64,000 nt of DNA from the human T2T-CHM13v2.0 reference genome, Homo sapiens. How positions within the stretch are numbered: position 1 is the stretch's first letter; every line of letters starts with the position of its first letter. The position numbers were made by a program, and so were the translations under genes. The notes beneath the pieces were generated by a model. It saw nothing but the letters and a program-made list of their open reading frames with translations, ran no database searches and was not told the DNA's origin. The DNA is taken from NCBI GenBank assembly GCA_009914755.4, contig CP068257.2, forward strand, positions 22,592,001-22,656,000, in the 5' to 3' direction. Below, piece after piece: positions 40,771 through 55,235 of the stretch.

Positions 40771-41100
40771 GTTTTTTTTTTTCTCTTTTTTGTTTTTTTT
40801 TTTCAGACAAGTTCTTGCTCTGTCACCCAGGCAGGAGTGTAGGAGTGCAGTGGTGTGATCATGGCTGACTGCAGCCTTGACCTCCTGGCCTTAAGCAATC
40901 CCCCCACCCCAGCCTCCCAAGTAGTGGGGAGTATAGGTGCACAATATCACACCTGTCTACTTTTTTTATTTTTATTTTTTATAGAGATGGGGGTCTTGCC
41001 TTGTTGCTCAGGTTTGTCTCAGACTCTTGGGTTCAAGTGGTCCTCCTGCCTCAGCCTCCCAAAGTGCTGGGATTATGGGCATGGGACACTATGCCCAGCC
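40771..41100 (-). mobile_element. Older Alu (AluJ/AluS-like, diverged), minus orientation
   Basis: T-rich tail then cagacaagttcttgctctgtcacccaggcaggagtgtaggagtgcagtggtgtgatcatggctgactgcagccttgacctcctggccttaagcaatccc...ctttttttatttttattttttatagagatgggggtcttgccttgttgctcaggtttgtctcagactcttgggttcaagtggtcctcctgcctcagcctcccaaagtgctgggattatgggcatgggacactatgcccagcc. Confidence 0.85.
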
Positions 41101-43057
41101 TCATAGTCCATTTTGATTATAATTGATCTGAGAAGTTTAGTTATGTAGCAAATGCACATATTTTTTAATGTCAAATGTTTTGATGTGCTAAGAGAGCTAT
41201 TTAATTTTAATTTTAACATCAAATATCTTAAAGTTGGCTAAAAATTAAAGATGGTTTAACTCAAAACATTTTAAATATAAAAGGAGTTTTGTAATTGGAG
41301 TTACAGAAAGAATATTTAAATGTCACTAGTCTAGAAACTGGAAACAAAGGTAAGGACCAGTTTTGGACCATCAAAAGATAATTTAATTAGCAAGACTCTC
41401 TGATTTTCAGGTTGTTGCTTATGTTAAATGCAACTATGTGGTGGTATATCATGGTGTATATATTTCTGGTGGAGGTGTATAACTAATCATAGTAGTTTTA
41501 CTCAAGAAACGTGTAACATTTGCAGTTGAGAAGCAAAACACATACACATTATAAAGCACAAAGCACATAAGCCCATTTATCAAATAAAAAGTTGTTTGGA
41601 TATTTCTGGTTAAAATCATTTTCTTTATAAATGCTAATTATTAGAGAATTTCTCTTGCAGACCCATTAGAAACTAGAGATATTTGTTTGACATCATGAAG
41701 GTTATCTTTCCCAAAACTTAAACTAAATTGTTAATGTAGATTGAAATGATTTGAACAAATACATTTATTTGCTTATGGATGAACAGCTATTAAGACTCTT
41801 ATTTTTCATAAGTTGCTAAGTATGTATAATATGTTAAAAAATCCTGATGGAATATTTTGAATACATTGTGTTCTGGTAATTTTACCTAAATTGTGCTTGA
41901 AGAGAATCTGTTACTTTAGTCATGTCAGCTAAAAGTAATCTTATCTTACTTTGTCAGGGAAAAAAAGGACTTCCTCAAATCAGAATGCCTAAGATATCGA
42001 ACCTGCAGAGAAGTGCCCCCACATTTGTATTTTTTTTAATTAAAGATGTAAATTATGAATATGCAAATATAACCCTGAATCACAATACATTGAAACATGG
42101 ACACATTCTTAGGTCTGCATATTTAACATTAAGATTGTGACGTATTCCCAATTATTCAGGTTCATTTGCATATAATCTGCTTTTTAGAACTGATTTAAAC
42201 AAAGACATCACAGGATGAAATAAAGCAACTTGCTTCATAAGAAAAAGTCATATTGCTGCAGAATATCTTGACAGAGGGCATGGCTGACATTTTTAATTTC
42301 TAGATGCTTGCATCTTCTGTAATTATCTTTCAGTAACTATATTCAGAAATGAAGCTGGTTTAATCACCAGCTTCATTGATGGTACAAATGACAGTATGTT
42401 ATCAGTAGTATATTTCCAAACCCACTCTGCAGTTGTATCAGCATGGAATGCAAATAAACTGTACCAGGTATATTAAAAGCTGTGAGTTATTTTCTGTAAC
42501 TCATGCTTGTTTGTTCTACTGATCAGCAGGCAGATGCTGCAGCCTAGTTATCAGGAACAAGTCCCAGCTGAGAGCACATTCCTTTTGTCTGTGCAGAATC
42601 TAATAATTATCTTCATGAGTATTGCTTAAGAGAAGGAGGAGCATCTGCTCTGTTGGTCATTAAGACAACAGACTTGGTGAAACAGTTGTGATCATCCAAA
42701 TCTACACTAAATTAACATCATTAGAATTGAGTTAATTTACTTATGCTTACAGAATGATGATTCTACAAACTATAGAACTTGCATTGATTACTAACCCATT
42801 GCAAGTTCTTAAATAACATTTATTTGTTGAAATAAAGTTAATAAAAAATCCAAACTTCTTAATGGGGAATATTCTAGAATTGACTACAATGACCAAAAGC
42901 AAAGTTATTTGAATTCTTAGAAATTGGCATTTGCTGATGCTAATTATTTTCAGGATTTTAGGTGTGTGAGACAAGTTCTGGGTGGTTGAAGAGAGATAAT
43001 TATTTTAAAGATACCTAGATTTGAGTCACAAGCAAGATTTTGAATGTTGGTGAATTC

Positions 43058-43141
43058 GCCATTTTGATAATATTAAATGAATTGGGATTATGTGTCTTAG
43101 CCATTTTGATAATATTAAATGAATTGGGATTATGTATCTTG
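43058..43141. repeat. Tandem duplication, 2 x 42 bp (2 mismatches)
   Basis: gccattttgataatattaaatgaattgggattatgtgtctta followed directly by gccattttgataatattaaatgaattgggattatgtatcttg. Confidence 0.92.
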
Positions 43142-43377
43142 TTAAAAATGCAAAAGAGTGAAGACTTTCTGTATATCAAAAAGTTTATTTTATGTCTATT
43201 AGCTGTACAGCTAAGATCCAACTAAATTGCACATTACATTTTAAGATTTCAGATCACTACTCCCCAGAGATTCTGAATCAATAGGTCAGAGAGGAATCCA
43301 GAGATCTGAATTTTTCAGCTCAGATGATTATAAGGCTACATTAGTCCCAGATCTGCAATTTGGAATAATCAGCAGAA

Positions 43378-43539
43378 ATCTCTCTCTTTTTCCTTGGCTC
43401 TCCCTTCTTCACTCTCCCTTCTTCCTTTCTTCCCTGCCTCCCTCCCTCTCTCCCCACTCCCTCCCTCTCCCCTCCCTCTCTCCCCCCTCTCTCCCCCTTC
43501 TTCCACCCTCCCTCCCTCCCAGTCTCCCTTCTTCCCTTC
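43378..43539. repeat. Polypyrimidine (CT/CCCT-rich) mirror-repeat tract of ~160 bp; potential H-DNA/triplex-forming sequence
   Basis: tctctctctttttccttggctctcccttcttcactctcccttcttcctttcttccctgcctccctccctctctccccactccctccctctcccctccctctctcccccctctctcccccttcttccaccctccctccctcccagtctcccttcttcccttc is >95% pyrimidine on the + strand. Confidence 0.9.
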
Positions 43540-45648
43540 AGAATAAACTTCCATACAACTTTCTAGCAGATATCTGTAATGATCTTATTGGTTAAAACTT
43601 CTTTAAAGTCTGTGACTAACTCAATCACTGAAAATGATTATGAATCCTAATTATTGGTTTAAACTGATCAGGTTTGATAACTAGAGCTGAGGATGAGCAA
43701 CCATGCCTAAGTCCTGTATTAAAGTGTGAACATCCATAAAAAAAAAAAAAAATGAGCTCTGAATGAAGCTAAAAAGAATATCTCAAAAGTAAGCCATACA
43801 AATTTTCTGCTAGTGTTTCTTATTTTACCAAATTTTTTTTGTGGGTATATTCTGTTTACCCCTGGTTAGGCATAATACATTAAAAAAAGAGTAGCTTTCT
43901 GATTTGTTTCTTTGAATAGGTAGAACAAATTTGTTTGGAACATAAATGAGACATTTTGAATTTTTCTATATTCCTTCTGTTCATTCTATAATATAAAAAG
44001 CATATTTAGAAAATATAAATATATTAATAAAGAAAAGATTTAGTAAATATGAGCAATATTTATTTATCATCAGTGATCAAATAAGAAAAAAGATGAGTTA
44101 TGTGTTTGGGAATTTTAGACTGTCCTTAATATTTAAACTTGCATTTGCATTTTTTGTTTTTTGCTTTAATAGCGTAAATTCAAAATGTTCCTTTTTAAAA
44201 TTACCAATTACTGTGCAGGAAATATAAATAATAAAAAAAGATAAATTATTCAAGATAAGATAATCAGGTTTCTGCTTTTTATGTTTTCCTTTGTGTGTGT
44301 GTGCCTCCCATTTCCTTGTTTGTCACTGTTTTCCATACACTACTTATCTCAAAAGAAAGAAGCCACTAGTTGGTCAAATTGCTTTATACCTTCCTCTACT
44401 GTATCTGCACATATTTCATACTGCATACTGCACGAAGCAAGCATGCTAGGAATAGAAAATGAAGACACTTCAAGATGTTATGCTTTCTCAGCAGGTATCT
44501 GATTGGTGGAATGTTTATTTAGATGTATATATGTTTGTTCCTACTCGTTAACCAAGGTGATCGCAATAAGAAACTGAAGTCATTTCAAGGTGATAAATGA
44601 CACTGTCATCCAAAAAGCACGTCTCATTTTTTTGTCTTTTTTTTTAGTTTAATGCATATTACTAGGTCACATTGATTATGTAGCTTAGCATGGGATATTT
44701 ATATTGCTTTTCCTTAAAATTGATACATTGCTCATGGTGATGATAAATAGATCCTTGTAATCATATTATGGCAGATTGGCACAGGAAAACATTGAATTAA
44801 TTTAATCATTTAGGCATTGTATTCAGGTAGCAACAAAAAGCTGCCTTACATGAATTATAAATGTAATGTTTTCTCAAGTACAAGAAATTCAGAGTAGAGA
44901 GTTCCAGATTAGAGGGCCAGGATGCCATCAAAGAGAGTGCTAACTCTTTAACATCATGCTTGTTCTTAATTTTAATATAACTCTCATTTTCATGCTGTTT
45001 AGATGGCCGCAAAAACTCCAGCCATCACATGGGTGTTTCAGGCAGGAAGAAGGGCATGAGCAAAAGGAGAAGTATTCTGGATGGCTGAGCCCATGTGCAT
45101 TTCTTTCTGACTTCTGTCTTCAATTTATTGGCCAAAATGTGATATATGATAAGAGAAGATGAGATAACAATTATTATTTAAAAGCGGGCCTTCCTAACTT
45201 TACAAGCAAAAGCAGAATTTTGTGCTAAGAAAGAAGAAAATACATTTGGTGAGCATTTAGCAGTCTTGCTGCATTTATCAGTGAAAGAGAAACTTGTCTT
45301 GATAATCAGCTTACTCTGAATAAAAAAAAGATAACATAAGTGGGGAAAATAAGGTTCAAAATTCAAGGTATCTCTAAGTGGGAAATGGCCTGGAGAGAGG
45401 AGAAAAGGTTAAGAAGTATGTCTAACTTTCCGTTTAGGGTTGCCAAAATCACATCTGCTTTCACTGGATCAACTAATATTCCTATTCTAATAACTGTCAG
45501 AATTATGTGTATATATATATACTTTTTTTTCATTCTCCTCCATTTGTTGTTCAGAGGATGTAGACAGTTGACTCCCTGGTGTCATCTAATTAATATTCAA
45601 CATTTGCAAAACTGGACTTTATTTCTTCCCTTCTTGCCTTCTGTCTGC

Positions 45649-46085
45649 CTTTTTTCTTTTCAACTTTGAAGTTCTGAGGTACATGTGCAGGATGTGTAGG
45701 TTTGTTACACAGGTAAAAGTGTGCCATAGTGGTTGCTACACAGATCAGCCCATCACCTGGGTATTAAAACCAGCATCCATTAGCTATTCTGATGCTCTCC
45801 CTCCCCCTGCCCCCGCAAAATGCCCCAGTGTGTGCTGTTGCCCTCCATGTGTCCATGTATTCTCATCCTTCAGTTCCCACTTACAAGTGACAACATGCAG
45901 TGTTTGGTTTTCTGTTCCTGTGTTAATTTGCCGAGGATAACGGATTCCAGCTCTGCCCATGTCCCTGCAAAGGACACGATCTCATTCCTTTTTATGACTG
46001 CATAGTATTCCATGGTGTATATGTACCACATTTTCTTTGTTTAATCTATCATTGGTAGGCATTTGGGTTGATTCCATGTCTGTCT
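45649..46085 (-). mobile_element. L1PA-like 3' end (3'UTR plus last part of ORF2), antisense, ~420 bp, with a T-rich tail on the + strand
   Basis: cttttttcttttcaactttgaagttctgaggtacatgtgcaggatgtgtaggtttgttacacaggtaaaagtgtgccatagtggttgctacacagatcagcccatcacctgggtattaaaaccagcatccattagctattctgatgctctccctccccctgcccccgcaaaatgccccagtgtgtgctgttgccctccatgtgtccatgtattctcatccttcagttcccacttacaagtgacaacatgcagtgtttggttttctgttcctgtgttaatttgccgaggataacggattccagc...tttatgactgcatagtattccatggtgtatatgtaccacattttctttgtttaatctatcattggtaggcatttgggttgattccatgtctg is the reverse complement of the L1PA 3' terminus. Confidence 0.88.
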
Positions 46086-46808
46086 ACCTCTTAATTTCAG
46101 GAACGTTCTGCTACTCAGTCTTAAAACTCCACAGTTGGTGTTGGTTTCATTTTCTTTCTTACTTCTCATACCCAGTTCTTTTTAAACTCCTGTGGTTTCT
46201 ACCTCCAAAATTCCTTCTGTCACTCATTCTTCTCTTGTTACTACCACTATCCTGAGTGAGGTCCTGCAATGTGCATTACCCAGCGAACTATTTTCTAACT
46301 TGCAATTATACCAATTTCTTAATGACAGACATGGAAAGAATTACAATTGCTAATAAAATTTTTTAAACTCACAGTATCTTTCAAGCCTCCCAATAATATC
46401 ACTCTAAAATATTTTCCATCTCTAATGTATATTATTCCTCTATGCTGACCTTCAGTCCAGCCATACTTACTTGTTTTCCAAATATCTCCTCTTTCTCCAA
46501 CATCAAGACTTTTTGCTCACAGTTTACACTTCTGCCTCGTCATCTCTCACTACTCTTTCCACCTGTTGACATTTTATTCATTCATCAAGTTCAAACTCAA
46601 CATCGCTTTTTCCATAAGAGCTTTGATGATTTTTGCAACTTGCTAAGGTTTCTCCTTTCTTTTGGCCTCCACAACATTTTATTTTTCCTTTTTAAAGCTA
46701 TTCAACGTATTTGAATTTTAATATAAGTGATTAGGTAGTCTTAGATCTCATCAGCTAGATTACATTTAACAGAAAAGAGGGATAACTACATATTCTTTTT
46801 ATGCTCAG

Positions 46809-46811
<3 letters not shown>

Positions 46812-46841
<30 letters not shown>
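46812..46841. repeat. (TA)n microsatellite, ~15 repeats
   Basis: tatatatatatatatatatatatatatata. Confidence 0.9.
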
Positions 46842-46843
<2 letters not shown>

Positions 46844-47393
46844 TATGTATATGCCCAGAATTGTGTACACTTCGGTCGCGTGAATCATAACTAAGGCATT
46901 CAAGACAAAGCCCTGACTCTTACCAGAGTCTAACCTCTGGTTATCACTCAATGTGGCAGTTTAAGTGAAGAAGGACTTACGAAAATAAGACCAGACAGGA
47001 AGGGCAGCACTCAGCAGAATATCTCTGTGTTCAGGTCTCCAAAGATACATGTGATATCACTAATCAACATGATATTTACCTCATGAAATTATACTAAATA
47101 TTAGATAATGACTGTGAAATTATTACTGGAACATTAGTGTTTTAAAAATATTTCTAATTGTAAACATAGGTGGAGTTAGGTTGCCAGGACACTGTAATAG
47201 CATTTGTTGATAAATGTAAACCCAGAATTTTAAAATAAGAAAATTATGCATATAGCAATTGTTACAAATTATATTTACTCTTATTTTAAGTGGTAACTGG
47301 TTGGAGAAACAGAGATATGTATGCTTTTTAAAATTCCTCTTTGAGGTCAGTAGGAAGACAGATTGAATCTCTATTAGAAAGCAGCAAATTTTC

Positions 47394-47720
<327 letters not shown>

Positions 47721-50068
47721 TCACTAGTCACTGGGGAATAAATGTTGAAAGCATTTAAAACTAAAAAGAAGGTATTTTCTATACCTCTTATTAATATAAT
47801 TGACTTATATCCCTCTATACCCCAAAACAGAATAATTATACTTATTATATATGTACGCAGGTGATTATTTAAACATTTTCTACTTAATGCAAGACACTAC
47901 TTCTCTTAGTGCCTAGCAATTCCATTACTATTAAGCCTATTACTAAAGCCACCTGGGAGTTATAGTTAGTTATCTATATCTAAAAACATAAACTTCAGAT
48001 TCATATATTGAACTCCTATACAACATTTTCATTTGTACCATTTTAAAGTTAGCATGTTCAAATGTTGACATCATTCTGTTCTACCCCTTGTTTCCCCATC
48101 TCAGTTAATAAAAATGTCACTCTTCTAAAAGCTCAAAGTCAAAATCCTTGACTTCATTTCACACTCTACTCTCAATCCATTTGCAATTTTTTTTTTTTTT
48201 TTACCTTCAAAAGATATCCAGAATTGGTCATTTACTTCTATTTCTTCTGCTAAGCCTAGTCTAAAAAGTATAATGCCTTCCCTGGATTACTGAAACATTC
48301 CCCTAAATGGTTTTACTGGTGTTTCATTTGCCATAATTCAATCTATTCTCAAAAGAGAAGTCACTGATATCCATTAAAAATAATAGTCATGGCCCCTCTC
48401 GACTTCACTCTAATGTCTCCCTAGCCATCTAGAATAACAGCAAAATTCTATATATGGGCTTACCCAATCCTGTCTGTTCTAGTGCTCATGTACCTAACTT
48501 GAATTTGTATCCACTAAGTCCATCCCAAAGACTGGCCTTGAACTCTTGCAACCAGTGATGTCCTAGAATTCCATATGAGTGTTAATGATTACATTTGCAG
48601 GAACTTTAAAAATCTATTATTAAATCAGGCCAGTATTAAATATTAAATTATATAAAACAAAATTTTAAAAATATATATTGAAAAACATAAGTAATATATG
48701 TCTAAAACTCATCATTTACTATTTTACTCTTCACTATATTCTGGAGGTTATTCACGTCTATCATGTCTGTATACACACTATTGTATTTACATGGTAAATA
48801 TATAAATAAAATATAGTTGTCCCAACCACAATCGTACAACGGTGTGCTACTGTACATTTGTTTCCAGCTCTGTATTCAGTGATTTCATGTTGGTAAGTTG
48901 AAACTAACTATGGTCAGAGTATTTTCAACACAAAGATTCAGAGAGCAATATAAATCAGGGGTCTTTCTTTAACCCCAACCACAACACTTATTATTAAAAA
49001 CCTTCATCAGTGCATAGAGCACACCATTAATTTGCATTTGTCTTTGTCTAGAAAGCTCTTCTTTTGGATAGTTCCATAGATGCCTTTCACGTATACACTA
49101 CATTTCTTCTCAAATATACTTTCTCTGACACATTTTCCAAACATCCTATTATAAATAACATCTCACCCTTGCTCCTTTGTGGCCTCTTTTTCTTCATGGC
49201 CCTTATTTGTGATCTAATATCTAATATATTTATAATAAAATATTTTTATTATGTATATATTCCTTCATTTCCCCATGCTTATGTAGACTTCAAGCGAGCC
49301 AAGAATTTTGGATGTATGCTCTAGCACTTAGGATGGAACTTACAATTATACTTAAAAGATGCTTAATTATTTTTCAATTTGGTGCTTTCTAAAAGTTTAT
49401 CTTCTGATCTGTTGTTTTTTTCAGCAGGTATTCATATTGTCTGAAAATTAAGCCTATATTAGTGAATAAAAAAGTTTCAATAAATACTGACGAAAGAAAG
49501 AATATGCTAACCATGTTCTTTTGACTTAATAAAAATATTAGAAATTAATAACTAAATCATATATATTTGAAGACCAAATTTCCAGTTATAAATTATCCTA
49601 CATAAAAACAAATCACAGTATAAATTAAGAAATATTTAGGACATGAGGTTAAAGTAATATATAAGATGTATTACTACAACTAAATAAGATAAGCTTTTAT
49701 TTTAAATGTTGGGGAAAGGAGATAAAATCATAAAGTTAGAAATAAAAATTTAAAAGGTAAGAAAAACAAATACATAGACAAAATTAGAAATTAATAAAAC
49801 CAAAAATTTGGTTCTTTGAAAAATATATGACTTTTAAAAGATCTTTGAAATAAATGAATAAGAAAATAACGTAAGATAAACAAAATATAGAATGATGAAA
49901 CATAAATGACCGTAAGCACCATAAAAATAATATTTAAAATGAAATTAAGTGGATACAGTATTAATGAAAGTATTTTACTTTTATATACATATATACAGTA
50001 TTAGTAAAAATAAAAGCATAAATATTAGCAAACTATAATATTCTATTGAAATATTGTATAGTGATCAG

Positions 50069-50434
50069 TGATGTGGTTTGGCTCTGTGTCCCTTCCCAAA
50101 TCTCACCTTGAATTATAATCCCCAGGTGTCAAGGCAGGGAACTGGTAGGAGGTGATTTGATCATGGGGGAAGTTTCCCCCATGCTGTTCTCATGGCAGTG
50201 AGAGCGTTCTTATGAGATCTGATGGTTTTAAAAGTGGCAGTTTCCCTTATGTGCTCTCTCTCACCTGCCACCATGTCAGACTTGCTGTGCTTCCCCTTCA
50301 CCTTCTGCCATAATTGTAAGTTTCCTGAGGCCTCCCTAGTCATGTGGAACTGTGAATCAATTAAACCTACTTTGTTTATAAATTGTCCAGTCTCAGGTAG
50401 TATCTTTATAGCAGTGTGAGAATGAACTAATACA
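50069..50434 (+). mobile_element. Solo LTR of the ERVL-MaLR group (THE1/MST-type), plus orientation
   Basis: tgatgtggtttggctctgtgtcccttcccaaatctcaccttgaattataatccccaggtgtcaaggcagggaactggtaggaggtgatttgatcatgggggaagtttcccccatgctgttctcatggcagtgagagcgttcttatgagatctgatggttttaaaagtggcagtttcccttatgtgctctctctcacctgccaccatgtcagacttgctgtgcttccccttcaccttctgccataattgtaagtttcctgaggcctccctagtcatgtggaactgtgaatcaattaaacctactttgtttataaattgtccagtctcaggtagtatctttatagcagtgtgagaatgaactaataca parallels the THE1/MST consensus along its whole length (TGATATGGTTTGGCTGTGTCCCCACCCAAATCTCATCTTGAATTGTAGCTCCCATAATTCC...AATTACCCAGTCTCGGGTATGTCTTTATTAGCAGTGTGAGAACGGACTAATACA). Confidence 0.85.
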
Positions 50435-50981
50435 GTAAGATTGATAAAAACTATCCTCTCTTTGCAAAGAAGCAATATTTAGGTAATACTTGTTTAGTTT
50501 GAAAATTTCTTAATGATCAGAATATACATAGATGTATTCTGTACACATCTACAGAATCTACGTGAATCTTGAATGACAGTCTGAGTGTATTACAATACAG
50601 AGATTTTAAACAATCTGCCTCAAAGGTGAGTATTTGAAAAAATGTTAAACTGTTTCAGTTTTCTTCTCCTTCTAAGTTACTATTACGGACTATTATTCAT
50701 AGTTCGGAGGTGTGGAAATAAGCAAAGCCCATCCACATGAGAACAGGGGCTGTTTATTCAAAGCTTGCTGTAGCAAGGGAGTCAGCCACCATCACTTGCA
50801 TTTGGCCACCCCTCAGAGGCAGGCAGGGAAGTCAGAAAGTTTCAGAGTGAGAGAAGGTAAGGCTCCAGGTATGCTCATACTGGAGGCTGTTGGAATGTGA
50901 AAGCTGGAGGCAGGCTGACTGGAAGTAGACCATCCTATGCAATTGGCTTGAGGAGCATATTTGGGATTCTTCATTTCGTTA

Positions 50982-51327
<346 letters not shown>

Positions 51328-51540
51328 GAAGGTGGCAATGTAGATTAATTCTGACCCTTGGTTGATTGCTTCAGAGGTTGCAGTTTGGCTTCCTGGACTG
51401 GTTACTATAGAATTTGTGAGTCAGAGTTCTATTGTGACATTTAGTCTGGCCTAATTTGAACTGATTTACATCTGTTTTCTATTATTTTTATTATTATTAT
51501 TTGTAAAGATAAAATATAATTTGTAAAGATAATAATAATA

Positions 51541-51647
51541 AGACCAGCTGTATTAGCCAAGCTGGTCTTGAACTCCTGGCCACAAGAAGTCCTTCTGCCT
51601 TGGCCTCCCAAAGCTCTGGGACTATAGGCATGAGCCCCCTTGCGGAG
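51541..51647 (-). mobile_element. Alu left-monomer fragment (~105 bp), minus orientation
   Basis: agaccagctgtattagccaagctggtcttgaactcctggccacaagaagtccttctgccttggcctcccaaagctctgggactataggcatgagcc is the reverse complement of the Alu 5' region. Confidence 0.7.
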
Positions 51648-52954
51648 CAGATTTAAAGCTGTTCTCATCAACCACTTCAACAGTCAGAACATGAGCAATG
51701 AGGGGGCCCTTTAATTTGAACAACCAGAGCACCTCAGTTAGGTAAATAAAAATCACAAATATTATTTTGGTGTTAGTGACAAAAGAATGTAGGAAAAAAA
51801 TATGTTTCAGTGGGAACTATGCATTTTCCAGAGGATACTCTCTCCAAATCATCTGGTTCTAGTATTTGACTGCCTTTGAGCTGATTTTCAACTATACCTT
51901 TTCTACATCCAGCACACCCTGCTGGGTTATCTGATACTAATTCTGTTTTTGAGCTACTTTACAACTCTGTATAAATATGCCCAATCTTTTCATTCTCTCT
52001 GTGCCCACTTATAATATCGAACTTCTTCCCTCACTGAATGAGTTAAATAAAATCTTTAATGCTTGTTCATTTTTATATCTGTATGAGTCATGACTTTATC
52101 TTTTATTTCTGAAAATCATCTTTAAACAAAATCTTTGACTTTTATGAAGTTACTTAGATCTGTATTTTTTTCAGATTAAATGACACAGAAATACGCAATA
52201 AAAGGACAACTTAAATACACTGAATGTATACCGTGTCTCAAACAAACCAGACCACTTAGAATTAAGAACTGCAGTTGTAAAATGCTGATGAAGGCCAGTA
52301 GCACTTAACTCAACTAAAACAGTGTGGCTGATTTTATTGGCTTAAGGTTTCGATATGAATTGGGTGCCCTGAGCTTCAGACTTGGATTTATTTACTGAAA
52401 TTAAGCCTGAAAACGTAATGAAAAAAGCTGGCTGTAATCACAAAGGACACATCACATCATGACAATTGCCACTCATAAATTATTCAAACTATGATTTAAT
52501 ATGCTACTAAATCGTTCGGCAGTATAAGTACTGGAAAGTAATACCTTTAGCACAATTTACTTTTAATATTTTATAGTTGTACTTCCAGAAATACAGGGGC
52601 CATTTCCACAAATAAAAGGCCAAATGTTTTTCGGCATACAATACTCTGTTACAATGCCTAATCTCAACAGAAACAGTCATCCTATTAAAAGTTATCTTTT
52701 AGTATAATATCTATTCATAATAAAAGATATTTGATGCATTGTGAAAATCTTCTCTTTAGTTTTTTAGGAGGTTATTTTGTTAGTAATTTCATAAATAAGG
52801 GGAAAAACATTTAAAGCCTTGTCTCAAGACATCTGATTGAATCTTTGGAAAGTCTTCCAAATTAGAAAAGATTTTATCAAATGACTGCATAGTGTTTTTT
52901 ATTTTTGTTTATATACTTTTAGTATTTTTCTTAGTCTGTTCAGACTAATAGAAT

Positions 52955-53215
52955 AATGTAGATTGCATGGTTCCACAACACACATTTATTTATCACAGTT
53001 CTGGGGGCTGAAAAGTCCAAGATCAAGACAGTGGCAGATTCTGGATCTGGTGAGGGTTCCCTTTTTGTCTCTTAGATGGCGGTCTTCTCATTGTGTCCTC
53101 ACATTTTAAAAAAACAGAAAGTTCTCTGCACCGCCCTGTATAAGGGTACTAATCCCATTCATGAGGGCTCTATCCTAGTGATTTAATTACCTCCTAAAGG
53201 GTGCACATCCTAATA
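52955..53215 (+). mobile_element. Ancient interspersed (probably LTR-type) repeat, copy A. Family not named; it is the common repeat containing ...TTCTGGAGGCTGGAAGTCCAAGATCAAGG...TGTCCTCACATGG...GGCACTAATCCCAT...
   Basis: ccacaacacacatttatttatcacagttctgggggctgaaaagtccaagatcaagacagtggcagattctggatctggtgagggttccctttttgtctcttagatggcggtcttctcattgtgtcctcacatttt...ctgtataagggtactaatcccattcatgagggctctatcctagtgatttaattacctcctaaagg. Confidence 0.4.
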
Positions 53216-53235
53216 CCACCACATTAGATATTTTT

Positions 53236-53885
<650 letters not shown>

Positions 53886-53886
53886 T

Positions 53887-53930
53887 ATAATAATAATAAT
53901 AATAATAATCATCATCATCATCATCATCAT
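53887..53930. repeat. Compound trinucleotide microsatellite (TAA)~8(TCA)~7, followed by an A-rich stretch
   Basis: ataataataataataataataatcatcatcatcatcatcatcat, then aaaaagaaaaaaagcaagaggcggaaggtcacttggcaaaaaaaaaaaa. Confidence 0.9.
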
Positions 53931-54884
53931 AAAAAGAAAAAAAGCAAGAGGCGGAAGGTCACTTGGCAAAAAAAAAAAATCATATATTTCAACATGTAAA
54001 TTTTGGGAAAACACAAACGTTCAGTACATTACAGTATTCCTGAGGGTATGTGATTTATTCGGTAATTTATTTATTCATAATGATTCAGATAAAAATAATC
54101 TTGTTATTATCTCTTCAAAAGTCTTCTCCAACATTGCAGTGAAAATAATGTCACTATTGGTAATCATGTTTTGTTATGCTTTATTACTAAATTGAATGTT
54201 TCTTTGTTACCCATGGTACTGGCATTTTTTTCATGTTAATATGAGCTATTTACTGCTCATTGGGTTTTTCTTTGATAAATTGAATGAATTCAGTTGCTTT
54301 TCAAAATTCTGTAGACTGTGAGTTTTAAGCATTTTCACGAAATGTAAAAGTACAGCTACAAATTATTACTGCTTATTTGAATAACGTTAGTTTGCATTAT
54401 ATAGAAATGCTTAAATACTTCTACAAAATCAGTGTCTAATCATTAGCTTTCTGCTAACAGAAATAAATAGAACATGTGGAAACTTAAGGTCAAGTTCTTA
54501 AAATCCTAATACATATCTGATGGGTTAAAGATTTAAAGTTGAAGCAACAATATTTATTTACATAATAAACATAACTGAAGTTATAGTTTAGATTTTTATA
54601 CATTTTCTATGAAATATAATATAATAAACTTCATGTTTGTAAATATTATGAAATAAATTATACATATTACAATTTCTAGAAACACAATGAAATTATTTCC
54701 TATATATTTATGTATAATGATCCATACCTCCAATTTCTAGAAAATTAATTTAGAATAACTTTTTATTTCTTTCATTTTTCTCCAGTTTTGAAGACCCTGA
54801 AGTCTATGATGATATCTTTGTCTCTTTACCAATATTCAAAACAAAAATGGAGTTGACAAAACCCATTTATGGCTTACATTAGTC

Positions 54885-55235
54885 AACTCTAGCTGCCATA
54901 ACAAAATACCATAGACCAGGTGGCTTAAATAACAAAGACGTATTTTCTTACAGTCCTGAAGCCTGAAAGTCCAAGATCAAGGTGCCAGTATGGTCCTATT
55001 TTGGTGAAAGTTCTCTTCCTGGCTTGCAGATCATCATCATCTTACTGTGTCATCACATGCTATGGAGAGAAACAAAAAGGGGAAACACTCTGGTGTCTCA
55101 TATTAGGGCACTAATCCCATCATAAGGGCCTCACTCTCATGAAGCTCATCTAATCCTAATTACCTCTCAAAGGCTCTGTCTCCTTAGAATATTGCAGTGG
55201 TGATTAGGATGTTAACATGAATTTTAGGGGAACAC
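54885..55235 (+). mobile_element. Ancient interspersed (probably LTR-type) repeat, copy B; same family as 52955-53215
   Basis: ctctagctgccataacaaaataccatagaccaggtggcttaaataacaaagacgtattttcttacagtcctgaagcctgaaagtccaagatcaaggtgccagtatggtcctattttggtgaaagttctcttcctggcttgcagatcatcatcatcttactgtgtcatcacatgctatgg...ctggtgtctcatattagggcactaatcccatcataagggcctcactctcatgaagctcatctaatcctaattacctctcaaaggctctgtctcc. Confidence 0.4.

Noticed and set aside
50060-50072. TSD for the MaLR solo LTR
   Set aside because: I could not find a convincing 5-bp direct repeat flanking 50069-50434 (cagtg vs gtaag). The boundaries may be off by a few bases or the TSD has decayed.
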